A stretch of DNA of 64,000 nucleotides, taken from assembly GCA_036785375.1 (NCBI GenBank), contig JAWMAR010000471.1, positions 806,001 to 870,000 of the forward strand, written 5' to 3'. The translations under genes and the position numbers were made by a program. Source of the stretch: Leucoraja ocellata. Its lineage: Eukaryota. Under the pieces are notes generated by a model, which did no database searches, was not told where the DNA came from, and saw only the letters and a program-made list of their open reading frames with translations. Positions 23,266-36,177 of the stretch are shown piece by piece (the first letter of the stretch is position 1; each line of letters opens with the position of its first letter).

Positions 23266-23559
23266 TGCTTTGCCACCTGTACTCAGCTTGGCAGTAATAG
23301 GTGGCGCTGTCTTCAATTCTCAGATCCCGAATTTTCAACGTAAAGGTCATTTTTGCTTTTACGGTCCATGCAACAAATCGCCCCCCTCTGGTGATCAGCT
23401 GACGATCTGCGCCGGACTTGGTCTTCTTGAAAAAAATTCCACCCTGAAAACGGTAAGTTCCAGATGAACCATGTTGGAAACGGCAGGAGATTGTGAGAGA
23501 CTGACACTCCTTCACGGTTACCTCCGTCGGGCTCTGTATCACCGATTGACTGGAGGAAG
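23266..23559 (-). CDS. NAR-TCR V segment (IgNAR-like V domain)
   Basis: SSQSVIQSPTEVTVKECQSLTISCRFQHGSSGTYRFQGGIFFKKTKSGADRQLITRGGRF...TFTLKIRDLRIEDSATYYCQAEYRWQS. Short FR2 and no CDR2, with the VNAR-like I-x-x-GGR-F motif and an extra FR1 Cys. Confidence 0.88.
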
Positions 23560-23619
23560 CTGGAAACGAAACACAGTGAGGTGGGAATGGGCATCAGTAG
23601 ACGATTTCTGGACAGAACA

Positions 23620-23900
23620 GTAACATAGAAACATAGTAACATAGAAAATATGTTCAGGATGGGGCCATTCGGCCCATTGTGATCATGGCTGATCGTCCCC
23701 TATCAATAAACCGTGCCTGCCTTATCCCCATAGCCCTTGATTCGACTAGCCCCTAGAGCTCTATCTCACTCTCTCTTAAATCCATCCAGTCACTTGGCCT
23801 CCACTTGCCTCTGTGGCAGGGAATTCCATAAATTCGCAACTCTCTGGGTGAAAAAGTTTTTTTCTCACCTCAGTGTTAAATGACCTCCCCTTTATTCTAA
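23620..23900 (-). mobile_element. CR1 3' end in the NAR-TCR leader-V intron
   Basis: catagaaacatag tail and CR1 3' UTR. Confidence 0.85.
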
Positions 23901-23969
23901 GGGAAGTATTCCAAATTCGAAATGCGTTCGGACATTGAGGTAGTTAGAGAGTTTGTGAAGGATACTCAC

Positions 23970-24012
23970 GGCATATGCAGAGACAAAGAGTAAAAAGTAA
24001 TATCATCCCCAT
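23970..24012 (-). CDS. Leader exon of the NAR-TCR V (MGMILLFTLCLCIC)
   Basis: 43-nt hydrophobic exon, C|GTGAGT donor, in phase with the V exon acceptor tttccAG|CT. Confidence 0.88.
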
Positions 24013-25634
24013 AGCCTTGTTTCTGGTGGCATGTGTGAAGGAGAGTTGGAGAACGAGGCCGTGGATTGGTCGAACGGGCTGCAAAACAGAAATTGACCTG
24101 AACACGGCAAACATTCGCTGTGGATTCACTCTGGCAATTGTGCTGAACATTATGAAAAGGACCCGATCAGTCGGAATGTGCTGTGTAAAAATGGAGAGGT
24201 TTAAAATGAGAGCCTTCAATGTGCTGCCTCTGCTTTGTGCATCTGAGCATCGCGCCACCCACATTCCTGTCGAGTAAAGCGGACGTGGTGTTCTGATGGT
24301 GAAGAATGCCGCTCCAGTTTGCTCCTCAGCAGTGGTCCAGCAGAGGACTGCCGAGGGTTATTTGAGCGTTGCGGTGGGGCGTCAGTTGAGAGCTGAGGAA
24401 GCGGACCAGGTTGGTTCACTGTAATCTATGGATCAGCCGCGTGAGGCCTCAATGCGACCCGAGAGCTGGGGCTGCGCTGAAGAACTCCAGCAGATTTAAT
24501 ATCCTGGAGAGCAGGAATGGGAAGATCGATGTTCCAGTGGGCGCCAGGCGCCAGCAGTGAGCACGTCTCTGCGTTGAAGCGATAGGTAAGAACACCTCTG
24601 AGGGAGAGAAACGTAAGTCGGGGGGTGGGAGTGGTTTGGGGGAATAGACGAATAGCGTACGTTTGTAAACGCATACCTCCAGATTCAAGGACAGTTTTCT
24701 CCCCACCTGTTATCAGGCAACTGTGCCACCGATTGCACCAACTCCACAGCAGTCCTGACCTCCCATCTATCCCCTCAGAGACCTTCGAACTATCTTTAAC
24801 CTGACGTTACTGAAACTTACGTTGCACCAAACGTTTTACCCATTAGCCTGTGTTTACAGACTGTGGACGGATTGATTACAATAATGTATGTTTTTTCCCC
24901 CGCTGGTTGGATACTGTGCACGTCGCCACACGTGACAATAATAAAACGGACAAAAACGAACATAATCATCTGCAAATTTAATTAATTTCTTCTAATTTGG
25001 CAGTGGGCAGTGTTGGCGGAAGTCTTCTTTCTATCAATTGTTCTAACATGTTGAACGACATGTCCTATTTTGCCGAGAAAGCGATGAGGCGATATTGCCC
25101 CTCAACGTGTTGTGTGTCCAAACTGTTTGCATCTGCTAGCATGTACTTTATTGTCTGTTGATGTTTGCATTCGTGGCCATTTAATTAGCGGCAGGAGAGA
25201 AGGCTTGGGTAAGGTTTCGGGAACTTTAGCCCGCATCAGTGAGCATGAACTGAAGAATGGAACTCTAACAGCGCTGCGGAACTAGAGTGGCGAAGCGGCT
25301 GATGGGCAATTTAAAATAATTTTACACAAATCATGTATAATATGTGTAAACTTAAGGACTCCAGGTTTAGGAACAAATTATTTTCGGCTATCGGCAGGGA
25401 ACTGAATGATTCTGTCAGCGCTCCTAAGATACTATCGCCCTTATTGGGGACCATCGGACTCTATTGATTCGGACTTTACTAGGCTATATCTTGAAGCGAA
25501 CGTTATTCTCTTTATCATGTATTCGTACATGTGGATGGCTAGACGGTAATTTTGTGTTGCCTTTCTGCTGAAGAGTTAGCACGCAACAAGAGCTTTTATT
25601 ATTCCTCTGTAAACGTGACAATAAACAATAGACA

Positions 25635-27815
25635 ATATGTGCAGGAGTAGGGCATTCGGACCCCGTTCCTGCCTTCTCCCCATATCCCCTGACTCCACTA
25701 ACCATATAACCATATAACCATATAACAATTACAGCACGGAAAGAGGCCATCTCGGCCCTACAAGTCCGTGCCGAACAAATTGTCTTCCCCTTAGTCCCAC
25801 CTGCCTGCACTCATACCATAACCCTCCATTTCCTTCTCATCCATATGCCTATCCAATTTATTTTTAAATGATACCAATGAACCTGCCTCACCACTTCCAC
25901 TGGAAGCTCATTCCACACCGCTACCACTCGCTGAGTAAAGAAGTTCCCCCTCATATTACCCCTAAACTTCTGTCCCTTAATTCTGAAGTCATGTCCTCTT
26001 GTTTGAATCTTCCCTATTCTCAAAGGGAAAAGCTTGTCCACATCAACTCTGTCTATCCCTCTCATCATTTTAAAGACCTCTATCAAGTCCCCCCTTAACC
26101 TTCTGCGCTCCAGAGAATAAAGACCTAACTTATTCAACCTATCATCTGTAACTTAGTTGTTGAAACCCAGGCAACATTCTAGTAAATCTCCTCTGTACTC
26201 TCTCTATTTTGTTGACATCCTTCCTATAATTGGGCGACCAAAATTGTACACCATACTCCAGATTTGGTCTCACCAATGCCTTGTACAATTTTAACATTAC
26301 ATCCCAGCTTCTATACTCAATGCTCTAATTACGTTTAAGAGTCCTATTTTTCTCTCTCTTGAAAGTATTCAGAGAACCGGACTCCAATCGCCCTCTGACG
26401 CGGAGAATTCCACAGGCTCACAACCTCCTGAGTGAAAAAGTGTTTCCACATCTCCGTTATAAATAGCTTACTCCTTATTCTTAAACTGTGTGGCCCCTGG
26501 TTTCGGAACATCGGGAACATGTTTCCTGCCTCTAGCGTGTCCAAACCCTTAATAATCTTATATGTTTCAATAAGATCCCCTCTCATCTTTCATAATTCCA
26601 GAGTATACAAGACCAACCGCTCCATTATATCAGCATATGGCAGTCCCGCCATCCCGCGTATTAACATTGTAAACCTACGCTGTACTCCCTCAATAGCAAG
26701 AATGTCCTTCCTCAAATTTGGAGACCAAGAATGACACAATAGTCCAGGTGTGGTCCCACTGGGGCCCCTATACAACTGCAGAAGGACCTCTTTGCTCCTA
26801 TACTCAACTCCTCTTGTTAAGAAAGCCAACATGCCATTCGCTGTCTTCACTGCCTGCTGAACCTGCATGCTTACATTAATCGCCTGATAAACAAGAACCC
26901 CCAGATCCCATTATACTTCCCCTTTTTCCAACTTGACACCATTTAGACACTAATCTGCCTTCATGTTTTTGCTAACAAAGTGGATAACCTCACATCAATC
27001 CACATTAAACTGCATCTGTCAAGAGTTTTCCCACTCAGCCAACCTGTCCACCTCACACTGCATGATATTAGCATCCTCCTCATAGTTCACACTGCCACCC
27101 AGCTTTGTGGCATCTGCATATTTGCTAATGTTATTTTGAATGATTGATGTATATTGTAATTAGCTGCGGTCCACAGCACCGAGCCTTGCGGGTACCCCAC
27201 TAGTCACTGCCTGACATTCTGAAAGGGATACCAATCCCTACTCTTTGTTTCCTGTCTGCCAATCAATGTTATAGCCATANNNNNNNNNNNNNNNNNNNNN
27301 NNNNNNNNNNNNNNNNNNNNNNNNNNNNNNNNNNNNNNNNNNNNNNNNNNNNNNNNNNNNNNNNNNNNNNNNNNNNNNNNNNNNNNNNNNNNNNNNNNNN
27401 NNNNNNNNNNNNNNNNNNNNNNNNNNNNNNNNNNNNNNNNNNNNNNNNNNNNNNNNNNNNNNNNNNNNNNNNNNNNNNNGAATGTAATGGAGGGTTATGG
27501 TCTGAACGCAGGTATATGGGACTAGGGCAGCATACGTGTTCGGCACGGACTAGACGGGTCGAGATGGCCTGTTTCCGTGCTGTAATTGTTATATGGTTAT
27601 ATGGTTATATGGCTAAATGGCTTACCCCTTATTCTTAAACAGTGGCCCTGGTTCTGGGCTCCCCCAGCATCGGGAACAATTTTCCTGCCTCTAGCGTGTC
27701 CAAACACTCAATAACATTATATGTTTCAATAAGATGCCCTCTCATCCTTCTAAACTCCAGTGTATACAAGCTCAGTCGCTCCATTCGTTCAACATATGCC
27801 AGTCCAGCCATCCCG
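25635..27815. mobile_element. Cluster of CR1 fragments from two families (mostly minus strand, nested)
   Basis: RT C-terminal ORFs at 25811-26137 and 26344-26868; accatata and ttatatgg tails. Confidence 0.88.
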
Positions 27816-29599
27816 GTTAGAACCGACCGTTGGGAAAATCAAAGTTCTGACAGTCTACCCTATCCACGCATATCAAGAACTAATGTAAACTAACTAAACT
27901 AGCACGCTGTACAAATTGGTGACCAGTAGCAAAGCAATTAGTGAATGTCTTTGCCAATTCGGCAAGATGGGCACATTTATTAAGAACAGCGTGTTTTAGA
28001 GCAGCAGTTGCTCATTTACCGGAATGGTGGCTGGATTAGCGGTGCAGGGAGAGGTTGGTCATCTTTGGATTCTTTCCCTCTGGAATGTCGGAGATTGCAG
28101 GAAGATCTCGTTGAGGTGTGTAAAGTTATGAGAGGCTTCGATGGGGTCTGCTCCCCCAACGCACCCGTTCCCTACCCGTAGCCCCCACAGGAGGCGTGGT
28201 CCTCCAACAGAAGCCGTTCCCGAACGTCAGTGAAGCTGATCACTGCTATCCGAGCCATCGTGACGTCATCAGTTGCAGCTAGCCGTGTTAATTTTCAAAG
28301 TAATTTGATTTTTTAAAACTTTAATCAGTAATGCCGAAAAATAAAGCATCACATGTTCAGCGAAGGTGCTCTCTGCCTGGAGGGGATAAATGTGGATCAG
28401 AATATGTAAAAATTTTGTGAAAGTTCACAATTTTAATGTTTTAATCGCGAATAATGTGAAATATAGGATGAAATCTTCAGGGACGCTGTTCACTGATAGC
28501 CGTGCCATTAAGCAGCTGGTCGATTTAAAGTCAAGTTCTTTTGACGTTTTTAAACTTCTTACTTACTTTTAATCAGTAATAAGTCAATAAATAAAGCATA
28601 AAATGTTCAGTGAAGGTGTCTCGGACTCGAGGGGAAAAACGTCAATCGTAATATGTAAACATGTAATTGTTACCGCGTCGGGAGAGGAGGATTTGGGGAG
28701 AGAGTGCTCAACTCAAATTTGGAGCTATACAGATCTCAGCCGCCATCGGTGGGGAAAATAAATTAATGGATTTCTCACATTTCCTTGCCCTGCAGGAGGA
28801 GATACATCCGACTCTCTGAGCATTCCCTCGAATCTAAAATAGGCAGAGCTCCAGCGTCGGCGCTGCATCAATGGAGGTGGGACATTAATGTAAATAGATT
28901 CAGCATATCTTTACCACACAGGTGAACTTACTCACTTTACCGCCCTCTACTGGACACTCGCTTGTTACACACTGCTTGCATTACAAATATAGTTAGTAAT
29001 GCCAACTTGTATGAATAGAACCCAGTACCTTTGGCTGCATCTGGTGCAGAGTTACTAATTGTACTGAAAACCGAAAGCCTCTGGAAGAAGCAACGAGGCA
29101 TTACATTCAGTGCGAGAAACAAATATAAAATCGAACTTTCATTGACGTAAATGTTGCAGCAACAATTTTATTAAACACATTTGTGCACTGGGCATTTATA
29201 TACGTAACCATGGGACGTCTCAAAGAATTGTAGAGTAATGGAGCATGCAATGTTTAGGACCATAATTCTATGTCTGTTTTCATCACGTGCTGGAGACGTT
29301 GCCGCTCGATTCAAAGGAAGGTGGAAACAGTTAACGGCGAGACTCAATTCCGGAATCTTTGGGGGTCTGCTCCAGTACAACATATAACTCGGTTAAACAT
29401 GGCCGCCCTCCCCACTGGGCACTTTGAACAACGCGCCCGTGTCGCATGTTAAATAGATGGCCAAATGTGCTTTCCAGTGCATGGGACGCGTTCGGATTCT
29501 ATTTCTCAACTATTTCTTTGAAAATTGATGCGGAATGATTTCAGAGAAAACTCCTTCATTACCTAGTGTTTGACTCACGGAGGGATCAGTAATGTAACG

Positions 29600-30513
29600 T
29601 TATTTTACACAAGGATTTCTCGATTTTATTAAACGTACAGTTAGGGTGAAGGGGTACATGGGTACCTGGATCAGATGCTCTCTGAACCTCCTCTGGGTCA
29701 CGGTGTAAATGAGCGTGTTTGTGCAGGTGTTCAACAGTTGTAGCAGAATTCCAGTTTGTTCAAATGTTGGAAATGGGTTCTTCAACCCCCTGTACATAAA
29801 TGCAATCGTACATCGATAGAATACGAAATATGCCACGTTTGTGCCCCAGAGCAGCATAAAACTGCTGGAGATTGCAAGGAGTAAAATTACGGACCGTCTG
29901 CGGTTTGCGATCTCGGGGTCCTCACTACTGAGATCGCGGAGTTTTCTGCGGACACGACTGGCCACTAAAATGCGCCTGACAGTGAGCACGTTCATCAGCA
30001 TAATCAAACAAAATGGAATGACTGGGACTAGCAGCTGTTGACTCCAGGAAAATACAATCCACGGGGGCAGGCTATAGAAGTGATATCGGATTCGGCAACC
30101 CCACGGTATACCCTGCCGATCCCTGAAATAATAACTGTACGCAAAAGGCCAGGGGACGTTCTGTAAACAGAAGAACGCCGTTAGGGTGACTATAACCACC
30201 AGCGCGGTTCTCTCGGTGCAGTATCTGGTTCTCAGATTCTGAGTGGAAATGGCCACAAAGCGATCAAATGTGAAAGCAACCGTGAGCCAAACAGAACAGG
30301 CAACGGCCGCGGGAGCGAGGAACATAATGGACCTGCACACAGTATTGTGGAAGAGGAATGAGTGCGCCCAGTAAAGGTCGGCAATCCGATGTAATATCAC
30401 TTCGCAGACGATCACCGAGAGGTCCACAGTCGCCATGGCCACCAGGTACCGAGTGGTGCATTTGGAGAGACCACAATTTCTGCGCGACAGGATCACAATC
30501 GCCAGCAAGTTCA
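29600..30513 (-). CDS. GPR139/GPR142-like GPCR copy 3, exon 2
   Basis: Intact ~304-codon frame; acceptor cgcAG|TG; DRF motif; NTCTNTLIY. Confidence 0.93.
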
Positions 30514-30689
30514 CTGCGGGTGTAGAAAAGAGGAAACTGTAGTTACATGTAAGGGAAACGCGATGCTAATTTGGAGGCGGGGATAAATTTAAGGCACGCT
30601 TTGCTTATTTGTTCGAAAACAACCGGCCCACATGCAAACCTGGGTGCTTGCGAAGGAGCTGTGCGGATTAGTTAGCAGCGGTCTACGCA

Positions 30690-31275
30690 GGTAGCGTGAG
30701 CTGTCTCCCAGCCACACTTGTTGCACCGCAGACTGCATATTGCAGCAACATGTCCGCATCAGACGCCATCGTCCTGGAACTAAACCCTTCCCGGGAACAG
30801 CCGGGCAACAAACGAGTCGAAAGTAAGATTCCCATTTCTCCGCTGGAGAACTTGCCTTCAACACTACTCCCATCCAAACCCATTGATAAACTCCACAGCC
30901 CAGCGATCAGTGCACCAGCTTGCGAATGGATACTCAACTTCCTAAAGAATAAACCGAGAGAATTAGTGGTAACACCCTTCCACAATAATTCTCAACAACG
31001 GTGCCGCACAAAACTTGTTGTGGGGCCACCTATGCCCCATAAAGAATAAATTGCACAGGGTTCTGGAAGACGCCGGGTCCATATCACGAAATAGACTCCG
31101 CACTGTTGACTGCGTTCGCACGTCACAATCGTTTGGAAACGGAGACATGTCTCACCCCGCGCATTCCTTCTACTTCCTGCTCCGTCGGGCAGAAAATGGA
31201 GAAGGCTTAAAGCTCGCCCCACCAGACTCCAGAACAGCTCTTTCCCCTCTGTTGTCAGGCTTCTGAGCAGCTCTT
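30690..31275 (+). mobile_element. Degenerate Rex1/Babar LINE fragments in the GPCR intron (paralog at ~43680-44265)
   Basis: PSKPIDKLH...CEWILNFL and LLPAPSGRKWRRLKAR.TRLQNSSFPSVVRLL. Confidence 0.65.
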
Positions 31276-31590
31276 CCATATGCCAGGGTATTGTCATTTC
31301 CATGTTTCACCTCTATCCCCTTGCGGACATTGGTCTTTGTGGAAGTGATACGCTGCAGTGCGCTCCCAAACTTGAACTACGCGCTGCACTCCGATTTCAC
31401 CTCTTACACTACCTGTTACTGAGATTGAATTGTTTGTACTGTTATTTAATATTATTTGATCTAATTTGGATTTCTTGCAAACCAATGCGTTTTGCAGCTC
31501 CCGGAGAGACATGGCAACAATGCACCTAAACCTGAAGAGAATTAACCTGTGCCTGATCCAATGAACGACCAACGATCAAGTAGCTTAACA

Positions 31591-31666
31591 AAGGAATAGG
31601 TGACGTTTCGGGTCGAGAACCTTCTTCAGACTGATCAGTCTCGACCCGAAACGTCACCTATTCCTT
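31591..31666. repeat. 28-bp inverted repeat of Penelope-type termini with a hammerhead-like motif (paralog 44572-44647)
   Basis: aaggaataggtgacgtttcgggtcgaga ... tctcgacccgaaacgtcacctattcctt. Confidence 0.8.
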
Positions 31667-31903
31667 CGCTTCATAGATGCCGCTTCACCCGCTGTATAAT
31701 TCTCCAGCATTTTTGTCTAGATTCGATGCCTCCAGCAACTGCAGTAATTTCTTAAACAAACATTTTCAAATACCGCCCTAACCTGAAGAATGCAGTCTAG
31801 TATTCCCGTGTTTCGCACACTATTTACACTTTACCTTTGACATTGTCTTTATCAACACATCATCCCACATCTCAGTCCCACTTACTGCGTTCCATTCACC
31901 TAC

Positions 31904-31973
31904 CGGGTACTCCGATTGCTGCCAGAATTGGATAATAATAATATTCCAATTCCAAGTGCCACTTCCAACCCAT
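31904..31973 (-). CDS. GPCR copy 3, exon 1 (MGWKWHLELEYYYYPILAAIGVP)
   Basis: ATG at 31973; donor G|GTAGGT. Confidence 0.92.
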
Positions 31974-34078
31974 TTTTCCTTCAAGCCGTCCGCAGTTATG
32001 CAGTGCAAAACTTATAGGAGTCAAAGTGAGAAGTCAAACACCGCTATATTTATATTTTTTGAAAAACTTAAGGACTGCGTGCGTTCACCTCCCCGCGGAC
32101 ATTTATTGTGGACCGTTGAACAAACAGTTTGCTCCCAGGTGATGCAACGCGATCAAACTCATTATGCGACCGCTCACTACTCGGGCACCAGCTGAGCACC
32201 AACAGAACAAAGGAACTGTAAAATACGAGTCATCATTCTATTTTTTAATTTTAACGCATGGCACACATATGCAGCAAAATTCGTGTATTGTAGCATTTAT
32301 CCACACATGCTGCGATGTAATACAGTATATTACTTGTCGCATTTGCAATGCATTTTCCAGAAACCGTTCCCTTCATTTAACATGCACCCATTAATAATTT
32401 CATCTTGCAATATCCGTGGAGCTGCCTTTCAAAAGGAAAGATAATCATATTTTGGCAGGGTCTAAATGATGTAAACCACAGGGAACCTTCTAGACGACAT
32501 CGTATACAATTCAGCTACAACAGCAGCATTAATGTATTTCAACTGTTGCCACTTCATGAAGTAAAGAATAGGCGAATATAATGTGTAATGTGACAACTGA
32601 CTGGAAATAAACAGCGGCTAGAAATATTATTGATCAACAGGCTATCTTTAAATGAATGTGTTAAATCATAAAACACAGAGGTGAACAGCTGTTGGTGTTA
32701 TTCCAGATATTAGGGCGAAATATTCTCAATGCATTAATCCTTTTGAGATATCACGAATGTTGATGTGCAAGATGATAGAACGAATTGAATGGGTCTGATC
32801 GGCTGTAAATGTTTGGGGATAGATCATTCTGAAGAAAGATTTGACCTAAGAAAGAAGTGTCATGTTTGCTGCACTCGACCTAAGGAATTCGCAGGAAAAG
32901 GAACTTCACAATGCAGTACAGCACAGGAACAGGGATATTATTTTTCGAAATAATGAATTACGGATCAATTTAAACTAGGGAGGATGCAACTCTCCTCACA
33001 CGAATGATGCTAGTATTTGGCAGTGTGAATTGTGAGATGGACTGGATAATGCAGAATTGTTTTCCCTCTGCAGCGAACAAAACCATGATGAGTTATGGAG
33101 GGTTAAAATATGAGAAGATGATCAGTTCAAGTATTACCCACTGAACTTTCTGAATTTTGAAGTAGGCAGGGCAGTACTCTGCATATCGCCAAGTTGGATA
33201 ATTTAACTTTTTTTTTTATCAAGCCAATTAACATAGACAAATAGAAACATAAAAATAGTTGCAGGAGTAGGCCATTCGGCCCTTCGAGGCTGACCGCCAT
33301 TCAATATGATCATGGCTGATCATCCAACTCAGTATCCTGTTCCTGCTTTTTTTCCATACCCCCTGATCCCTTTACCCACAAGGGCCATATCAAACCCCCT
33401 CTTAAATATAGCCAATGAACTGGCCTCAACTACCTTCTGTGGCAGAGGGTTCCAGAGATTCACCACTCTCTGTGTGAAAAAAATGTTTTTCTCATCTGGG
33501 ACCAAAAATAATTCCCCTTTATCGTTCAACTGTCACCCCTTGTCCTGGACTTCCCCAACAACGGGGACAATCTTCCTGCATCTAGCCTGTCCAACCCCTT
33601 AAGAATTTTGTAAGTTTCTATAAGACCCCCCCTCAATCTTCTAAAATGTAGCGAGTACAAGCCGAGTCTATCAAGTCGTTCTTCATATGAAAGTCCTGAC
33701 ATCCCAGGAGTCAGTCTGGTGAACCTTCTCTGTACTCCCTCTATGGTAAGAATGTCTTTCCTCAGATTTGGAGAACAAACTGTACGCAATACTCCTGGTG
33801 TTGTCTCCTATACTCAAATCATTTTTCTATGAATGCTAACATACCATTCGCTTTCTTCACTGCCTGCTGCACCTGCATGTCTACTTTAAATGACTGGTGT
33901 ACCATGACACCCAGGTCTCGTTGCATCTCCCCTTTTCCTAATCGGCTACCATTCAGATAATAGTCTACTTTCTTGGGTTTGCCACCAAAGTGGATAACCT
34001 CACATGTATACACATTATATTGCATCTGCCATGCATTTTCCCACTCACCCAGCCTATCCAAGTCACCCTGCAGCCTCT

Positions 34079-35750
34079 TAACCATATAACCATATAACAA
34101 TTACAGCACGGAAACAGGCCATCTCGGCCCTACAAGTCCATGCCGAACAATTTTTTTCCCCTTAGTCCCACCTGTCTGCACTCGTACCATAACCCTCCAT
34201 TCCCTTCTCATCCATATGCCTATCCAATTTATTTTTAAATGATACCAATGAACCTGCCTCCACCACTTCCACTGGGAGCTCATTCCACACCGCCACCACT
34301 CTCTGCGTAAAGAAGTTCCCCCTCATATTACCCCTAAACTTCTGTCCCTTAATTCTGAAGTCATGTCCTCTTGTTTGAATCTTCCCTATTCTCAAAGGGA
34401 AAAGCTTGTCCACATCAACTCTGTCTATCCCTCTCATCATTTTAAAGACCTCTATCAGGTCCCCCCTTAATCTTCTGCGCTCCAGAGAATAAAGACCTAA
34501 CTTATTCAACCTATCTCTGTAACTTAGTTGTTGAAACCCAGGCAACATTCTAGTAAATCTCCTCTGTACTCTCTCTATTTTGTTGACATCCTTCCTATAA
34601 TTTGGCGACCAAAATTGTACACCATACTCCAGATTTGGTCTCACCAATGCCTTGTACAATTTTAACATTACATCCCAGCTTCTATACTCAATGCTCTGAT
34701 TTATAAAGGCTAGCATACCAAAAGCTTTCTTTACCACCCTATCTATATGAGATTCCACCTTCAAGGAACTATGCACGGTTATACCCAGATCCCTCTGTTC
34801 AACTGTATTCTTCAATTCCCTACCATTTACCATGTACGTCCTATTTTGATTTGTCCTGCCAAGGTGTAGCACCTCACATTTATCAGCATTAAACTCCATC
34901 TGCCATCTTTCAGCCCATTTTTCCAAATGGCCTAAATCACTCTGTAGACTTTGGAAATCCTCTTCATTATCCACAACACCCCCTATCTTGGTATCATCTG
35001 CATACTTACTAATCCAATTTACCACACCTTCATCCAGATCATTGGTGTACATGACAAACAACAAAGGACCCAACACAGATCCCTGAGGCACCCCACTAGT
35101 CACCTGCCTCCAACCCGATAAACAGCCATCCACCATTACCCTCTGGCTTCTCCCATTCAGCCACTGTTGAATCCATCTTGCTATTCCTGCATTTATACCC
35201 AACAGTTGAACCTTCTTAACCAACCTTCCATGAGGAACCTTGTCAAAGGCCTTACTAAAGTCTATATAGACAACATCCACTGCTTTACCCTCGTCAATTT
35301 CCCTAGTAACCTCTTCAAAAAATTCAAGAAGATTAGTCAAACATGACCTTCCAGGCACAAATCCATGTTGACTGTTCCTAATCAGACCCTGTTTATCTAG
35401 ATGCTTATATATATTGTCTCTAAGTATCTTTTCCATTAATTTGCCCACCACTGAAGTCAAACTAACAGGTCTATAATTGCTAGGTTCACTCTTAGAACCC
35501 TTTTTAAACAATGGAACAACATGCGCAGTACGCCAATCCTCGGGGACTATTCCCGTTTCTAATGACATTTGAAATATTTCTGTCATAGCCCCGGCTATTT
35601 CTACACTAACTTCCCTCAATGTCCTAGGGAATATATTGTCGGGACCTGGAGACTTATCCACTTTTATATTTTTCAAAAGTGTCAGTACTTCATTTGCTTT
35701 GAAACTCATAGTATCCATAGCTACTCTACTAGTTTCCCTTACCTCACATA
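34079..35750 (-). mobile_element. Young 5'-truncated CR1 (accatata-tail family), uninterrupted 518-codon RT frame
   Basis: [31 protein letters not shown] and YADD. Confidence 0.95.
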
Positions 35751-36177
35751 ATTAGCATCATCTTAGCATAATTAGCATTAGCATCTTAGCATCATCCTCA
35801 CAGCTACAATTGCCCCCCAGCTTCGTGTCATCGCAAACTTGGAGATGTTGCATTCAATTCCCTCGTCCAAATCATTAATATATATTGTGAATAGCTGAGG
35901 TCCCAGCACCGAGCCTTGCGGCACTCCACTAGTCACTGCCTGCCATTCTGAAAAGGACCCGTTTACTCCTACTCTTTGCTTCCTGTTTGCAAGCCAGTTC
36001 TCTATCCACATCAATACTGAACCTCCAATACCGTGTGCTTTAAGTTTGTATACTAATCTCTAATGTGGGACCTTGTCGAAAGCCTTCTGGAAGTCCAGAT
36101 ATAACACATCCACTGGTTCTCCCTTACCCACTCCATTAGTTACATCCTCGTTAAATTCCATAAGATTCGTCAGACAT

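Larger units (their letters stand above)
27615..33135 (+). repeat. Internal segmental duplication copy A (paralogous to ~40133-46108), carrying a whole GPCR gene
   Basis: Colinear similarity across flanks, both exons and the intron. Confidence 0.9.

Noticed and set aside
24300-24600. GC-rich stretch ending in a GGTAAG donor-like site upstream of the NAR-TCR leader
   Set aside because: No recognisable coding homology or acceptor; cannot be supported.
34162-35718. 518-aa ORF as a host gene or autonomous element
   Set aside because: It is a 5'-truncated CR1 ORF2 lacking the endonuclease domain and ORF1.
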